A program made the translations under genes and the position numbers. A stretch of DNA of 64,000 bases from Cirrosporium novae-zelandiae (taxonomy: Eukaryota), in NCBI GenBank assembly GCA_026023565.1, contig JAPETS010000012.1:682001-746000 (forward strand), written 5' to 3'. Under the pieces are notes generated by a model. That model worked only from the letters and a program-made list of their open reading frames with translations, did no database searches and was not told where the DNA came from. Shown here in pieces: positions 23,317 to 37,041 of the stretch; position 1 is the stretch's first letter, and each line of letters starts with the position of its first letter.

Positions 23317-23835
23317 ACTGGAGAGAGGAGAGACTTTTGAACCGAATACTATGAGATTGAGGAAGTAGAAGTTGTTGAGGAAAGTACCTAGTATTTGTAT
23401 AAGAGGACCTTGAGCTGGTAAGGCACCAAGTCACCAACAAATGGGAAACCGGCGAATCCTGATGACCGATGACCGGCCAGAACTAGTAGCCTCGGCCCGA
23501 ATATTCCGATCATTCGCCCAGGTTCAGCCTTGTAAGTAAGCCCGATCAGCACCAACAAGCATAACAATCCACGTGCAATCCAAAATATTTAGTTCCAACT
23601 CAAACAACTTAAACAATCCAAACTGTCCAAACAACCCAAACAGCACAAACATTTACTTCCTCAGGCCACACACAACCCCAGCCACCCAATTGACAAACAT
23701 TTTTCTCCGCAATCCTGCCGCAGGTGTCAATTCATCCAGATCTAATCCGTGTAACAAGTAACGAGGTAGCAAACATTTGACAGATTCCTGATTTCACCTC
23801 CAAGTTTCCAAACATACTGTACTATTTTTTTAGAA

Positions 23836-24401
23836 ATGCCTCCTGTGAGTACTAAATTCACCCTCCCACACGACTGTTAAGCCAATAACTAATATCCAAA
23901 CAGCGCACTTTCACCAACCCAGCCCCCAAAACTGATTCGGCTCGCGCTGCCGCACAATCTTTCTTTTGCTCTCTGTGTCAGAAAGGCTACACGCGCCAAC
24001 CAGACTATGCCGCACATCTCGGCTCGTACGACCACCAACATAAGCAGCGCCTAAAAGACTTGAAAGCAATGTCACGCCCTCAGCCCTCTACTTCTGCTCG
24101 AGAGCGAAGCAAGAAGCTGGACGAGCAGAGTGGTCTCATCACCATCAAACCGTTGAAACTGGGTGGATCGGGGGAAGGAAAGACTGGAGGATTTAAGAAA
24201 GGAGGTTTTAAAAGAGCGTTTGGCGGTGATGACGACGACGATGATGCGAAGAAGGTCGGGAAGGTTGAAGAAAAGACCAACAGCGCATCACCGGTAGTAC
24301 AAGCTATTGACGAGAAAGAGAGTGAAGATGAAGATGAAGGATACGAGTGCTACGATCCAAGTCGGCCTACAGATTGTTACCCAGGATGTCCAGGGAGCTG
24401 A
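23836..24401 (+). CDS. Small C2H2 (JAZ/matrin-type) zinc-finger protein
   Basis: A 9-nt first coding exon ATGCCTCCT, a GTGAGT...CAG intron, then FFCSLCQKGYTRQPDYAAHLGSYDHQHKQRLKDLK and GGFKKGGFK; stop at 24401. Confidence 0.88.
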
Positions 24402-24726
24402 GAAAGATGGCGGAAACCACGCTAGAGGAATGATTAGTGGGCCTTCCAACGACATGATTTTTCCCGGGGGATTTATTACGTTGAAATGAAAGGTAATTAT
24501 ACCCAAGGTTGAAGAATAATAGCGAACTGCCATTGATTTGATTATGCTATAAAGACACGAGGTACAATAGCCCGAAATTTGTGATGGAACATGCTTGAAA
24601 ATATTATTTTCACCATCAGTGCCGTTATAGCAGACATCGACAAGGAGGTATGGTGCCGCCCAGAAAATTACAAGAGGAATAAGCAGATGACTCGACACCG
24701 CCATGCTTTTGAACTTTTGGAAGAAT

Positions 24727-26329
24727 TCAACACTGAACGATCCGCCCTGGAACCCAATAGGTCCATGATGCTCTGAAGCCAGCCTCTCGAAGGTGGGGAA
24801 TGATGGCTGCCATGCTGCTCTCAACAGCCAAATGCTTGCTTGGACCACAGCGTGCCCAATTAACCTTCAGGGTGAGCTCGCTGAGACGGCGAAGGTCCTT
24901 TCGGCGGGATATTAATGCTTCCGCCACCTTGCGGGCCTCTTTCTCCCTGTGAGAAATCGAAAGCTCAAGCACTCTTAATGACTTTGGAAGTGCTCCTACG
25001 TCTTTGACACCATCTTCATGAGAGCTCCAACAAACCGCAAGCTCGCGAAGTGAAGATGAACGTAGCAAATCGCGAAAGGCAGACCGTCCTTCAGAAGCCA
25101 TCGAGACATCTGTTTGAATACGTAATGTCTTTAGTGAACCATGGTAATCTCTCAGAGTACGCCAGAGCTTAGAGTTTAGGAAAACAGGACCGTCTCTATC
25201 ACTATCTTTGTCTTCGAAGATCGTGTATGACTTTAATGGAGGGATTGCTTTGAGCACACTCGGTGTCATCGTCTGGACAACCTTCTTACGCCGGTGACTA
25301 TGACGTTGACTGCATCCTAGTCTAGTAGGGGGACCGTGCAACTCTATTGCTTCGAAATGAGGGATGCGCTGGAGAGCGGCTGCCAACTCCTCTGGGCTTG
25401 CTACTGAGAAGCCAGTGAAGCACAGGCTTTTCAATGTCCTGATTCTAGCCACAGAGGACATGGGAATCTTGTCAATGTATAGTGATAGTCTTTCTAGCTT
25501 CGGGAATAGATTATTGATCTTATGCAGCACGCCTTCATACATCTCGCTATCGGGAGGGATTTCATTCGAACGAGGCTTGTAGATCTTGAACTCTTTGACG
25601 TTATAAAAGAGAGCAAGCGTCGGTCTAAGCCTCTCGATCTCTCGAGAATAAAGGGACGGCTGTTTATGCTTTGAAGAGGAGGTCGTCATCTTCGCTTGCT
25701 GAATTCGGTCACTCAAGGAGGCAAACAGGTCATCGCCACTAACATCCTGAAGACGAATCCCGAGACCGGTGACATACGAAAGGTGGCCCTGATCAACCCT
25801 TTGTAACCATGCATACAGATCTGACTGGGATTCAAAGTCGATTCCTCGCTTGAATAAAGCCGACCTGGCTTCCCAGTAGATTGTCCGACAGACACGGAGA
25901 ATCTGAGTATTCTGACAACGAGGGTGGGATAGCAGCTTCTCATATATCTGCATCCTAAGTTCTGGTGGCAGATCCATCAGAGACTTTCCGGCTCGTCTGC
26001 GGGGAGGGTTGGAGGTGGTGTTAGCAGTGGTGGCATAAGCCTTCTGGAAAGTTGGCCACTCCAAGGTACTCGTTGTGATGACTTTAAGCATGTTGAAATG
26101 TAGTTGGATGTTAACAGGATGATGTGGTGAATATAGAGCTAAGCCACTTGTTCTTGTCGAATGGTTGGAGGAGTTCGGTTTATAAGACTTGATATGATCA
26201 ACCAAAAGAGGAGCAAGGAAGGATATCCCTAACCAGTTCGAGGACTTCATGCAATTATGAGCTGGACGGAAATTGCCATATCATGTATGTACCTAGCCGA
26301 CGAATTAGAAATTCTGGAAATATAGACAT
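24727..26329 (-). CDS. F-box-like/LRR-like hypothetical protein
   Basis: SLMDLPPELRMQIYEKLL...ILRVCRTIYWEA F-box-like motif followed by LxxLxL repeats. An in-frame first exon MSIFPEFLIRRL (ATG 26329, donor GTACAT ~26292, AAG acceptor ~26082) is plausible, but the start is uncertain. Confidence 0.7.
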
Positions 26330-28833
26330 AAAGAATGTAGATCTGGCCAAATTTTAGGACATTCGGTTATGCGTTGATGATAAAGCAGCATCAACGCAAT
26401 AAATCCCAAAGGCGTAAAGCGGTGAATGATCATCGAATAATCAAATACGGGACCCCCAAAGGAGTATAGGAGATGGACAGGGCTGGGAACGACAATATCA
26501 AAAAGACTGATAATGGCACCCAAAATGGGGATCGCTTGTCATGCTGAAGGCCCATGACGGAAAGCTGGCAATATTATTGCACGAGTCAAGAACGCAGAAA
26601 GCGGTCCACAATAACGACTCCTCAAGGTTCTCCGGAACCATTTGCCTGAACCCGCCGCTGATTGGGCCAGATGGGGACCCAGGGGAGTGGGACCGGCATA
26701 CTGACAGCATGACGCCAACTGCCAAAGTGCTTTTGAGTGGGCGCCGTGGTTGTCGTGGCTTGAAGCGGTTGTGAGGGATGATGGGCCTGAGACCAAAAGC
26801 AGCAGGAGGCACCCGTCAAAAGTTGTTGCGATTGAAAAGAGATAAGGAAAATGGTGGAACGAGGCTCGAGAGAGGGGGCAATCCGTCAGGTGAAAAAAAG
26901 AACCAAAGGAAAATCCGGCTCAGGCGCTGCTGGGAAAAATCCAGATCCAGAAGAGTTCATGATGCTAGATCACGGTACCCATACCGAATAATGGAGATCC
27001 CGGGCAAGCGTCCGGGACGGACTACTGGATTGTGCATGCTGACAGTTTGAAGGCAGACAACTGATGCAAAAGTGAATACTCTCTGGGTCATTAGGATTTG
27101 TCACACCATGCAGAAAAGCTTCAGGAAATTGTGAGCGGCTAAAAGGAGATGGATACTGGTGATAGGCGTGTTGAGAATGCATGGGGATTGAGAATGCCAT
27201 CAAGTGAACAGAAGTGCCAGCATGCAAGTGCCAGTCCGAGCAAATCCGGCTGAACGGGTTGGGGTTTGGAGAATCTAATCCCCTTGGCTCCCTCTAATGT
27301 CCAGAAGGAAAAGAGTCTGACATGGGAAAAAGCGCTGTCGAACCGTTATATCGGGTTGTAGTCGGCCAATTTTAGAGCCCTAACAGCACGAGCAGCAGCA
27401 ACTCCAGAATGTCCAGATTGCCGAGCAAAAACGTGGGCCAGCCGATGACAACCCCCGAACCATGTGTGCTGGGGTATATGCAAGCATCCGAACTGGAGAA
27501 CTACCCCAAGCGGGTCTGTCGCTGTCAGCCATGCAATTAATTTGGCGTGGAGGGGCATGCGAGATCGTTGGAAGGACAGTACGTCGCTTCAAATCCGAGA
27601 GGGGGGACAGATATTGTTTCGTATCCTATTATTTCGGGACCACTAAAGCCTTGACCATTGCTTCGTATGGGTGCCCTTCTGACGCTTGGTGCCACTCTTT
27701 CCGCCCGCTCACCTGCAAACGGTTGGTATTCGACCTGTCATTGCCACTCCGACTCTGAGGGAGGCTCCAAGGTCAGCCTTTGCTGGCTTCTGTCGGCCTC
27801 TCGGGTTGTTTCGTTGCCTTGTTGCCTCGAAACCTAACCCTTACTCGATTGGTGGTCCTATCTGATGATGCGAAAACCATCCAACCGCTGGAATTCCCAA
27901 AGCGAGAGCACCAAAAACTTTGAAGATCGAGCGCACTCCTGCGTCACCTCGCGATCCTGCTTCACTCCCAGAGCAGGAAGATTATTCGTAATTCGGACTG
28001 TCCGCACTCAACCCAATTTGGTCCAATCCGCCCCCTCACCCTTCTTTCGGGTGTTCTGCAAGATCAAGTTGCGCAAAGGACAGGGCCGGCAGGCCTCTGC
28101 CAGACGGCAAGGATCATGCGAGGATAACAACAGATCTCGAAACAGGCCAACAGCCGCACGACACCACCCAGATTTAGCCCACTTAATCGTTCCTATGATC
28201 TTGTCAACAAAAAACGCCAACCAGATTCGGGGGGGGACAACCGTTGACCGTTAACTGTCAATGATAGAAAAATGGCAAGCCACAACAGCTGGTAGATTGA
28301 AGTGCATTGAACGTCGTAAACAATTCCGGAATGAACTACCTTTTTGCAGAATGCAATCACCGCGTACCCCTGTTCTACTATGCAGAGTAAAAGCCGACGT
28401 CCCAGAAGAGTAAGTCGGCTGGCAGTTCCATACCTGAAGAGTAATCGGATAATCTGCTTTCCGAATCAGTACTGTCAATATTAACCAAAGCATTAGTTTA
28501 ATACCAAACTCAGGGCAACGATCGTCAGATCGGTCCCCGAGAATGGTTGGCGAATCCATTGTGCATTAACGATACTTAACAACAAGCGAAATCCCTGCTA
28601 TTGAAGGATATATTTGTGTCCATTATTGAAATTTTGGGAAACTGCTATTTAACTGGGAGGGTTAAATGTGAGAAACAAGACGGAAGAGTGAGGGATCTTC
28701 AGGAATAAGGTGAATAGTCACGACGCCATCTATTACACGTATTGCCTCAGCGATTCGAATATTGTCACAGTACTGAGATGCAGAAAAACTTGATTCGACC
28801 CCTCTCTCCGAGGAACAGGAACGTCACGATCCG

Positions 28834-30241
28834 TTACACCCGCAGCAACTTTGCAGCATAATTCACTATCGTGTCAACTTGTGGGAAGGCCATTGTTTCC
28901 AAATTCTGCGCATACGGTGTCGGAACCTCTGCGCCTGTAATCCGCGCAGCAGGAGCTTGGAGATAGTCGAATGCATATTCCATCGTCAAGGCCATCAGTT
29001 CTGCACCAACACCAAAGCTTGGGAAACCCGACTCGACTGCCATCATATGACCTGTCTTCTTTACAGACTTAATGATTGCTTCAACATCCATTGGCTTGAT
29101 CGAGCGAAGGTTAATAACTTCGGTTTCGACTCCGTACTTCTGTTTCAGCTCCTCAGCGGCTTTCAATGACAGTCCGACGTTGCGCGATAAGGTCACGATC
29201 GTGAGATCTGTGCCAGGGCGCTCGATCTTAGCCTTGCCAAGCGGGATGACAAAGTCATCTCTTTGTGCCTCCTCACTCATGGGGAACGACTCGCCATATA
29301 GCAATCTGCATGCAACATTAGTTAATCGTATAAAAATAAACAATTTTTTTGCCTTTGACTTTTACGTACTCATTCTCTAATACCACCACCGGGTTTGGAT
29401 CACGAATGGCTGCCTTCAACAGCCCCTTTGCATCCTCTGAGCTCCACGGGGAGACCACCTTCAACCCAGGTATGCTTCCGTACCAGCCTGTGTAATCTTG
29501 GGAATGTTGTGCTCCGACACCAGAAGCAAAGCCATTGGGACCTCGGAATGTGATATTACAAGGTTGAATACCGCCAGACATGTAGTGGGTTTTGCCAGCA
29601 GAGTTGATGATCTGATCAATGGCTTGCATAGCAAAGTTAAAGGTCATGAATTCACACTGTAGAGGGTTTCGTAAGCTTCAAACACTGGTAATCCCAAGGA
29701 GAGGTCGGCATGCAGCTTACCACAGGGTGTAAGCCCGCAAAGGCAGCTCCGACAGCAAGACCGCAAAAGCCAGCCTCCGTAATTGGAGTATCAATAACTC
29801 TCTTTTCACCAAATCTATCCAAGAGTCCACGCGTGACCTTATAGCTGTTGTTTGAAGGGCGAAGTTAGCAAATCCATCACCGGAATTTCTACGTCCTGAG
29901 ACGGAGAAAATCAAAAGAACTTGGAAAAGCTCCATGAGCGCAAAAATAATCGCGATATGCTCAATCAACTGCAGGGAGAGGCGGACTCACGCTCCATTAT
30001 ATTGTGCGACTTCTTCTCCCATCACAAATACCTTGGAGTTAGCCTCCAACTCTTCGGCCATGGCTTCGTTCAGAGCATCTCTGACGTTAACTTCTTTAAC
30101 TCCGCTCGGTGTAGCATAGCCCCTCTGTTGGAGAGCTAGAGGTAATATTCTCTTGGGTTGGAGGGCGGATCTGGTCGACAGCGACAGAGGCCGCGACGAG
30201 AGCAGGCGAGAAGCCGGACGGAGAAATCTTGATGCGACCAT
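28834..30241 (-). CDS. PDB1: Pyruvate dehydrogenase E1 beta subunit, mitochondrial (4 exons)
   Basis: Arg/Ser-rich presequence, [47 protein letters not shown]...[15 protein letters not shown]. Confidence 0.98.
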
Positions 30242-30810
30242 GCTTGCGACAATTGGGGGGCAAAGAGGGAAGGATAAAGGGAAGTGGAGATTTTTGAGAT
30301 GAGGGTCTGTGGAATGCTCTTGCGGTCACAACCTCATGAAGATCGGATCTGATTGATTGCTGAGAGCAGCTGGACGAATTCTCAAAATGTTGAGAGAATT
30401 GAAGCTCCGGGATGACCTAGGTGTTGGAGTTTCTCTTTCCGTGAGGGCACGCTAGATTGAACGCCGACGCCCCGAGCTCCAACACAAATTCAGGCCGGAC
30501 CAGGTGGCTTTATCTTTCATGAATCATCGGTCTCCGTCCCTACAAATCAATTGAATGGATAAAAACAGAACCGTTGGATAGTCAGATAGCCTGGAGAATT
30601 ACTCAACATAATTTTTATTATTAGTTTTATTCTTTTTTTATTTTTATTTTTCATTTTTTCACCTTCTATATCCCAAAATTCTTAAATGTTACACTCATAT
30701 AACCTCCTACATTCACTCATTTATTTATTTGCATGACAAACACAATGGTATTCCGATAGCAGCAAGTATGGTAGTAAACACGACTATTAACGGGCGCCTG
30801 AGGCAGGTCC

Positions 30811-32131
30811 TCAGACTTTCGGTTTCCGAGCAATCATCAGATACATTGGAGTAAACAGCTTCTCCCTCCCTCCAGCGACAAGGCAGTCTGCTGCTAAAGC
30901 AAGACTATCCGCCGTTTTCTGTGTTCCTTTCGGAATGATGCCAAATTTCTCAAAGAAACCTAGGGAACGATGGGTGATGCCTCTTCCAAGCTTACTCATG
31001 CGGAATATTGTCAAGAAATCCCAATAACTACCCATGAGCTTGTAATCACCAGACAATGGCCAGTACCATGGAGCCTTATCCGGCCTATCAGCGAGATCTT
31101 CATTGTATTCGAGCTCGAATCCAGCCTTCTTGATGGCCTCGAGACCCTCCGATACCTTCACCATGTTCGAAATACCATCTCCTTGTTCAATACCCAACCT
31201 GATTTCCCGGTGAGTAGCATTGTCATTGTCATACGCATCAGTCATAAGCCATTCGTAAACACCAAAAACCCCGCCCGGTTTAAGGACCTTGAAAATTTGT
31301 GAATAGACGCCAGCAAGCTCGGGTGCATGGACGGTAGCCTCGATCGCATAGACGGCATCGAATGAGTTCTCTGGGAAATGCATTTGCTATGGATAAAGGT
31401 TAGCATCTATATTTAAATGATATGATTAACTGTATTAGGGTTTCCTAAATCACATACCATGAAGTCTCCCTTTGTGAACGCAAGCTTGTCAGACAGGCCT
31501 TCCTGAGCGGCATATTTGGTCGCTCGCTCGATCTGATAGTCATTGTTGTTTAGACCAATGACTTTAACACCTGCGAACTTGACCATTTCACGGGCAGGAC
31601 CACCAACGCCACAACCAACATCCAGGACTTTCATATCCTCCTGCAAGTTCATTTTCAAGGCGAGATAATGCTCATGTCGAGCAATAGCTTGATGGAAATT
31701 CTCGTTAGGAGCGAAACGGCAGAAATGGAAAGATTGCGACCATCCATATTCGTAGAGATCGGTTGCAAGGTTATAATAACTTGATTTCTAGTCAGGTCAA
31801 GGTCAAAAGACAAAGGGTTGGCGATTTCATACTGTCTAGTAAGAGTTGCATATTGGTCTCTACGTTCCTAAATGACAGGCATGATGTTAATATCTGCAAG
31901 CTATTACATCAAGCATGGGGAACGGACCTTTCTGTCTTGCTCGGTCTCTTCCTTGGCATTCTTGTTATCCCAGTGTTTGAAGTATTCATCGACAGCTTCT
32001 TTCTGAGCATCGGAGCCTTTACTGAGCATTGCTCTTATACCGCCTACATCTTCAGCAGATTTACCATGCATTGCCTTGCTAAAGGCAGTATCACGATGGA
32101 CGTCTTCGGTCTCGAGGGCGATAGGAGCCAT
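30811..32131 (-). CDS. ERG6: Sterol 24-C-methyltransferase (4 exons)
   Basis: YYNLATDLYEYGWSQSFHFCRF, VLDVGCGVGGPARE, YAIEATVHAP, LKPGGVFGVYEW, LFTPMYLMIARKP. Confidence 0.98.
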
Positions 32132-32697
32132 AACTTAGGATTGAGTAGAGATTTTCTGACGAAGATGGCCAATTGAGTCAAAGGTCAACAATTTTTGTTA
32201 AGAACTTGTAAATAGAAAGAGGAACGATTAATAAGGAGTAAGTTAGTCCAAAAACTCGCCGAGGGGATATTATACTCGAGTATTTGTTGGATACCTATAT
32301 AGGTATCCAGGTCATGAAATTCAATATGTAGCGAGCTAGAAATCTTAAAAGGGTTTAGGTGGTTAGTCGGATCAAATCTCGACTGTGTGGGCTCATGCTC
32401 GCATCTCCTTATCTCTTCCGTACTTCCTCCGCAATGCACAAATAGCATAACAATTATTACTTGATTGTGTATTTTTGCTGGCCTTATTACGGAGTAGTGT
32501 CAACACCAAATCTACGTCAGTACCTTACCCGGATAGGTAATCCAGATACTTTTTGATTTTGCCGACGCGACAGGACAAGCACAGCCAACCTTCACAGCCA
32601 TTTCTAATACCGCCACCAACATATATCTTCAACTTAAACCTCTTCAACTTCCTTATTATCATCGTCCCAGAATTACTTTTATCACCGTTGAATAGCG

Positions 32698-33927
32698 ATG
32701 CCGCCTCAGATAAAAAAAGATCTTAACCGTTCAGGATGGGAGACCACCGACTTTCCCAGTGTTTGTGAGAACTGTCTTCCCGACAACCCCTATGTTCAAA
32801 TGCTCAAAGAGGACCACGGTGCAGAATGTAAGTTGTGACTTTAGTTGTAAGCCTCCAAAACTAATCTTCTACTAGGTAAAATCTGTACCCGGCCTTTCAC
32901 TGTCTTCCGCTGGAAAGCAGATCGAACTGCGCGAACAAAACGTACGAACATTTGTCTGACTTGTGCTCGGTTGAAGAACTGCTGCCAATGCTGCATGCTT
33001 GATCTATCGTTTGGTCTTCCCATTGTTGTTCGCGATGCCGCATTGAAGATGGTCGCACCAGGGCCCCAGAGCTCAATCAATAGGGAATACTATGCACAGG
33101 AGCATGAAAGAGAGATAGAAGAAGGTCGAGGTGCAGTGGAAGAATACGAGAAGACAGATGAGAAGGCGAGGGAGCTACTACGGAGATTAGCAAATAGTGA
33201 ACCCTACCACAAACGACAAAGGAGATTAGAAACTAGTGAGGAGGGACAATCGTCTACAAATCCCGATGGTGAAGAGACTGGTCAAAAGACCACTTCCTAT
33301 GGTCCCGGTTCCGGTCCAGGTCCTGTTCGTACTCGCGATACTCGACCACCGGGTGCTTTACGAAATAATCCTTTACGGGGAGGTCGAGGAGGGGGAAGAG
33401 GAGGCATGAGAAAGTTTCCTGGTACTGCGCAGCTTCCACCGCAGCCGCAAGACATTCTTCCCCCAGCTGATCCACACATCACATCTCTTTTCGTCACTGG
33501 TGTGGAAGACGATCTTCCTGAACATGCTATCCGCAAATTTTTCTCTCCCTTCGGAACACTCCGCTCGCTGGTCTGCTCTCATCGCGCTCATTGTGCCTTT
33601 ATCAACTACGCTACACGAGAAGCTGCAGAAGCTGCAGCCGCGAGCTGTCAAGGGAGAGCTGTCATACAAGGCGTGCCACTACGAGTAAAATGGGGTAAGC
33701 CACGGCCGCTGGATAATATGGATCAGGAGGAGAGAATGAAATATGCCAGACAAGGCAGACAAACTGCTGGTGCCATTGCACAAGCAAGTGGCGGTATGAA
33801 GAAAATCATTACAGGTCCTGATGGAGAGGAGACAACCGAGACCAATCGGCCGGATCCAAAGCGCCTACTTGTTGCACCCCCGCCAGGTTCAGACGATGTA
33901 CAATATGCCAGTTTGAGGGGTGACTAA
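32698..33927 (+). CDS. SLT11: Pre-mRNA splicing factor Slt11/Ecm2 (RBM22), 2 exons
   Basis: [56 protein letters not shown]...[20 protein letters not shown] plus a C-terminal RRM (SLFVTGV...CAFINY). Confidence 0.97.
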
Positions 33928-34389
33928 GGTGACTAATATTGTACTACATGAAAAAATACACAAATCTTGACGACCTGCGCTAGCACAGGTCCTTACTTGA
34001 CAATTATCGGATTGATTATGCACATGCCGATTTCCGACTCGGGACACAGAATGTTTCGGACTAGTCTTTCCAAGGGATCCTTGCCACTTTTTAGGAAGGC
34101 TACGGAGAGTCTCTGTTGAGGTATTTTAGACTGCAGCTCGACTATTAGGAAGAGTCACAAAAGCCGAGCTAGCAGTTGGCTAGAGGCCAAGGGAATAAAA
34201 GTACCCAGGATATGGACAGACATTGAAGGAAAACATGGCGTCGGGGATAACCAATTTCCCTATAAATGTATAATAGCTGAGAAGGGATCAGGGTATCTCA
34301 TAGGGTTGATATAGGACTACGAATAACGAAAAAATCAAAGCCTACCATAGTCCTAGTAATACATAGATTCAATTCAGCTTAGTGCACGT

Positions 34390-34896
34390 CTAACATGCTG
34401 ATCCCCCACAACAACCACCCTGCACACCACTCCCTTTTCCCCCAAATTTAATATCCTCATTATTCCCTCTTTCAATATCTTCATGTATCCGTAAACCTAC
34501 ACTCAATTAGCTCCCCTTCAGCCCCTCAAGGGTCACAGGGTAAACCCACGATATCTCTCCTCCTGTTCACCGCCAGCTTTCACACCCTGCACTATATTCC
34601 TTCTTAATATATCTGCTACCTCGTTGGCATGCTCAATCTGCTTCTTCGCTTCGTCTCCCGAGGGAGCAAGGCTACGATACTGTTCAAAGGATTCACGGGC
34701 TTTGGCGCGTGCAGCGAGGAGAACCGGGGCATCACCTGGAAGGTAGATATTAATATTGGATACTAGGAGGATAAAAAGGCTGAAAGGGTATGAGGGGGAA
34801 CGAGGTACGAGAGGATAAATTACCTTGAAACGCAATTCGGGCGGAGCGGAGGATAGCGCGGTAGGCGGAGAGAGCTTGATGTTGAGCCATTGCCAT
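34390..34896 (-). CDS. MZM1: Mitochondrial LYR-motif protein Mzm1 (complex III assembly), 3 exons
   Basis: ALSAYRAILRSARIAFQ|GDAPVLLAAR...HANEVADILRRNIVQG...RY|RLRIHEDIERGNNEDIK...GGCCGGSAC*. Confidence 0.92.
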
Positions 34897-35516
34897 AGCC
34901 AATGAATATAGAAGTGCGATATTAAATCGCTATTGATGTCCTGCCGTAAGAGCTGTTCTAATATGCCACTATAGAGCTGCTTTAGAATATATAATTACCT
35001 ATTACTACGGCGCCCTTGGAATCTGGGGAGACACGGAAGCAAGGAAAAGCTAGAAGCTAAATAGGGGGCAACTTTAGGCGAGTCTGCTTTCCTCCGTGAT
35101 TTGGTTCTTGAGATACTACACACTATGTCAGTTGAACTTCTACAAATTACTGTCCATTAATATGCTACTGCTACTGCTACTGAAGCAGATGTCATTCTTG
35201 GGGGCTTTATTCCTTATTCCCTTTTCACATATGGATGGCTTTTGGTATGTTTTCTAGGCCAGTTAATTGCTTCAGCTGCAACATAGGGAGGATATTTTTT
35301 ATCTGTCTATATTGAGAATTTTTTTGACCTTTATGGTGACCCAGTTCGTGATGCTAGTTCTTTCCAGCTCCTCTATATTCTTGACGGCCGCGTTATAATC
35401 ATATTAATCTGTATGTGTCAATTTAGAAACATTACCTCATAGATTAAACAGTCTCACCCTAAAGATGTTCCTAATTTTCGAGAAATTTTGCTCCCGAGTC
35501 TATTCTTTGCAAGATA

Positions 35517-36470
35517 ATGTTACTTTCCCTTCTTCCATTCACCATTGGTGTTACTACAATACTCGCTAGGATATCCAGGAGGTCATATCCAACGCGATAT
35601 ACCTGCCAGACAGGCGGTGGTCATGTCAGTATAATGAGTGCAAGTGCTGTTGTAATTCGTTCTATATTACTCTTCTTGACATCTAAGCTCAGATGCAGAC
35701 TTACACCGTCGATTCAACCCTCCCAGTTGTGACTAATACTACTCTTACTATAGAATTAGCTACCAAAACCGACTACAAAACGACTCTATACTGACTATAT
35801 ATATAGAACTAACCACAATTTATACTACTATAATATGATATGAGACCAATCTAATAACTCAAACGCCATATCTCACTGCCAAAGAAACTAACTTCATTGT
35901 TGAAACCTACCATTCAACGAACCGCAAAACGGACAGATTCATGTCCACAAAAACTGATTATATTACTTCTACCAAAGCAAATCATGCAGCTGCAACCGCA
36001 ATTGTAGCCTCAATTCCGGTTTACCGCAGAGAAACCAGCAGCGTGCAAACACTGTCTTGTCTGGTTGATTACTACCAAACCAACCTCCCAGCAGGCTATT
36101 CATGCTTGAGCCTCCCAACCACTATTATTTCCAACACTATGACCACTCTCGCTAGTACTAAAACAACCACCTCTATCGCTACCAGCACCGCCACTAATAT
36201 CGCCAAAAATCCCAACTTCGAAAGCGCTGCCTATCTCTCCAGGAGTAGCAACCCATAACCCATGTCCCAGCCCCTTTTTCAAAGGCGTGGCGGGGTATAG
36301 CACAATTATTGTAATTCCGCGATAGATATTTCAGGTCCTAGAGCGTGGATGACACTAGCGGGTGTTGTTGATTTGAATGAATCGAGTGATTATAGTGAGT
36401 TTACGTGCCTGATTAGGCTACGTGTGGTGCATTTGGATAATTTTATTGTGGCAAAGTCGTATTTGCTTGG
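35517..36470 (+). pseudogene. Probable decayed gene for a secreted Thr-rich protein
   Basis: Hydrophobic N-terminal start MLLSLLPFTIGV, Thr-rich fragments (TKTDY twice, TTTSIATSTAT), a SCL...YSCL Cys pair and NPNFES, interrupted by multiple stops and frameshifts in a TA-rich stretch. Confidence 0.45.
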
Positions 36471-37041
36471 TTAGCTAGGCAGACTGATTTTATATTGTTC
36501 ATCTTCTCTTCTACGAAGCCTATAGGGCTACCTAGGTACCTAGGTAATTACCATGTTAGTAGTATAATAATAAAAATAATCAAGGGAAAAGTCGTAATAT
36601 TTGGTGCAACTAAGCATGCTCAAAAGCACTTTCAAAGATATATCTGAGTATAACCATGGAAGAGGAAAGGGAAGAATGTTCAGCATGGTACGATGGAGAT
36701 TATTCGAAACAGTAGTTAGTTCTTCATGACGGCTCATCTGCCACGTCAGGATCGAATGACATGGATTGAGGATGTACAGTACAGTACAGTACTGGATATC
36801 TTCTCGAGGTAGTGAGAAGTTAAAGTTAAGAATGGGGACTTGGGGTTTCATGAATGTCTCAATTGAGATTTCCCAGTATAGAAAAAGGCATGGGATGGAT
36901 ATTTGATGCAAAATGATTGAGTTATAAAGCGATTCGGGTTAGACAACTAGTCCCTTATCGGTCGCTTATCGAGTTGTAGTTCCAGTCGATTGTTGTTGTT
37001 TACACATCGCCCGCATCCTAGCAAAACCTATCGCAACCAAC

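Noticed and set aside
23530..23835. Possible intronic snoRNA in the 5' UTR intron of the zinc-finger gene (AATTGACA/TGTCAATT hairpin)
   Set aside because: No convincing C/D or H/ACA box arrangement.
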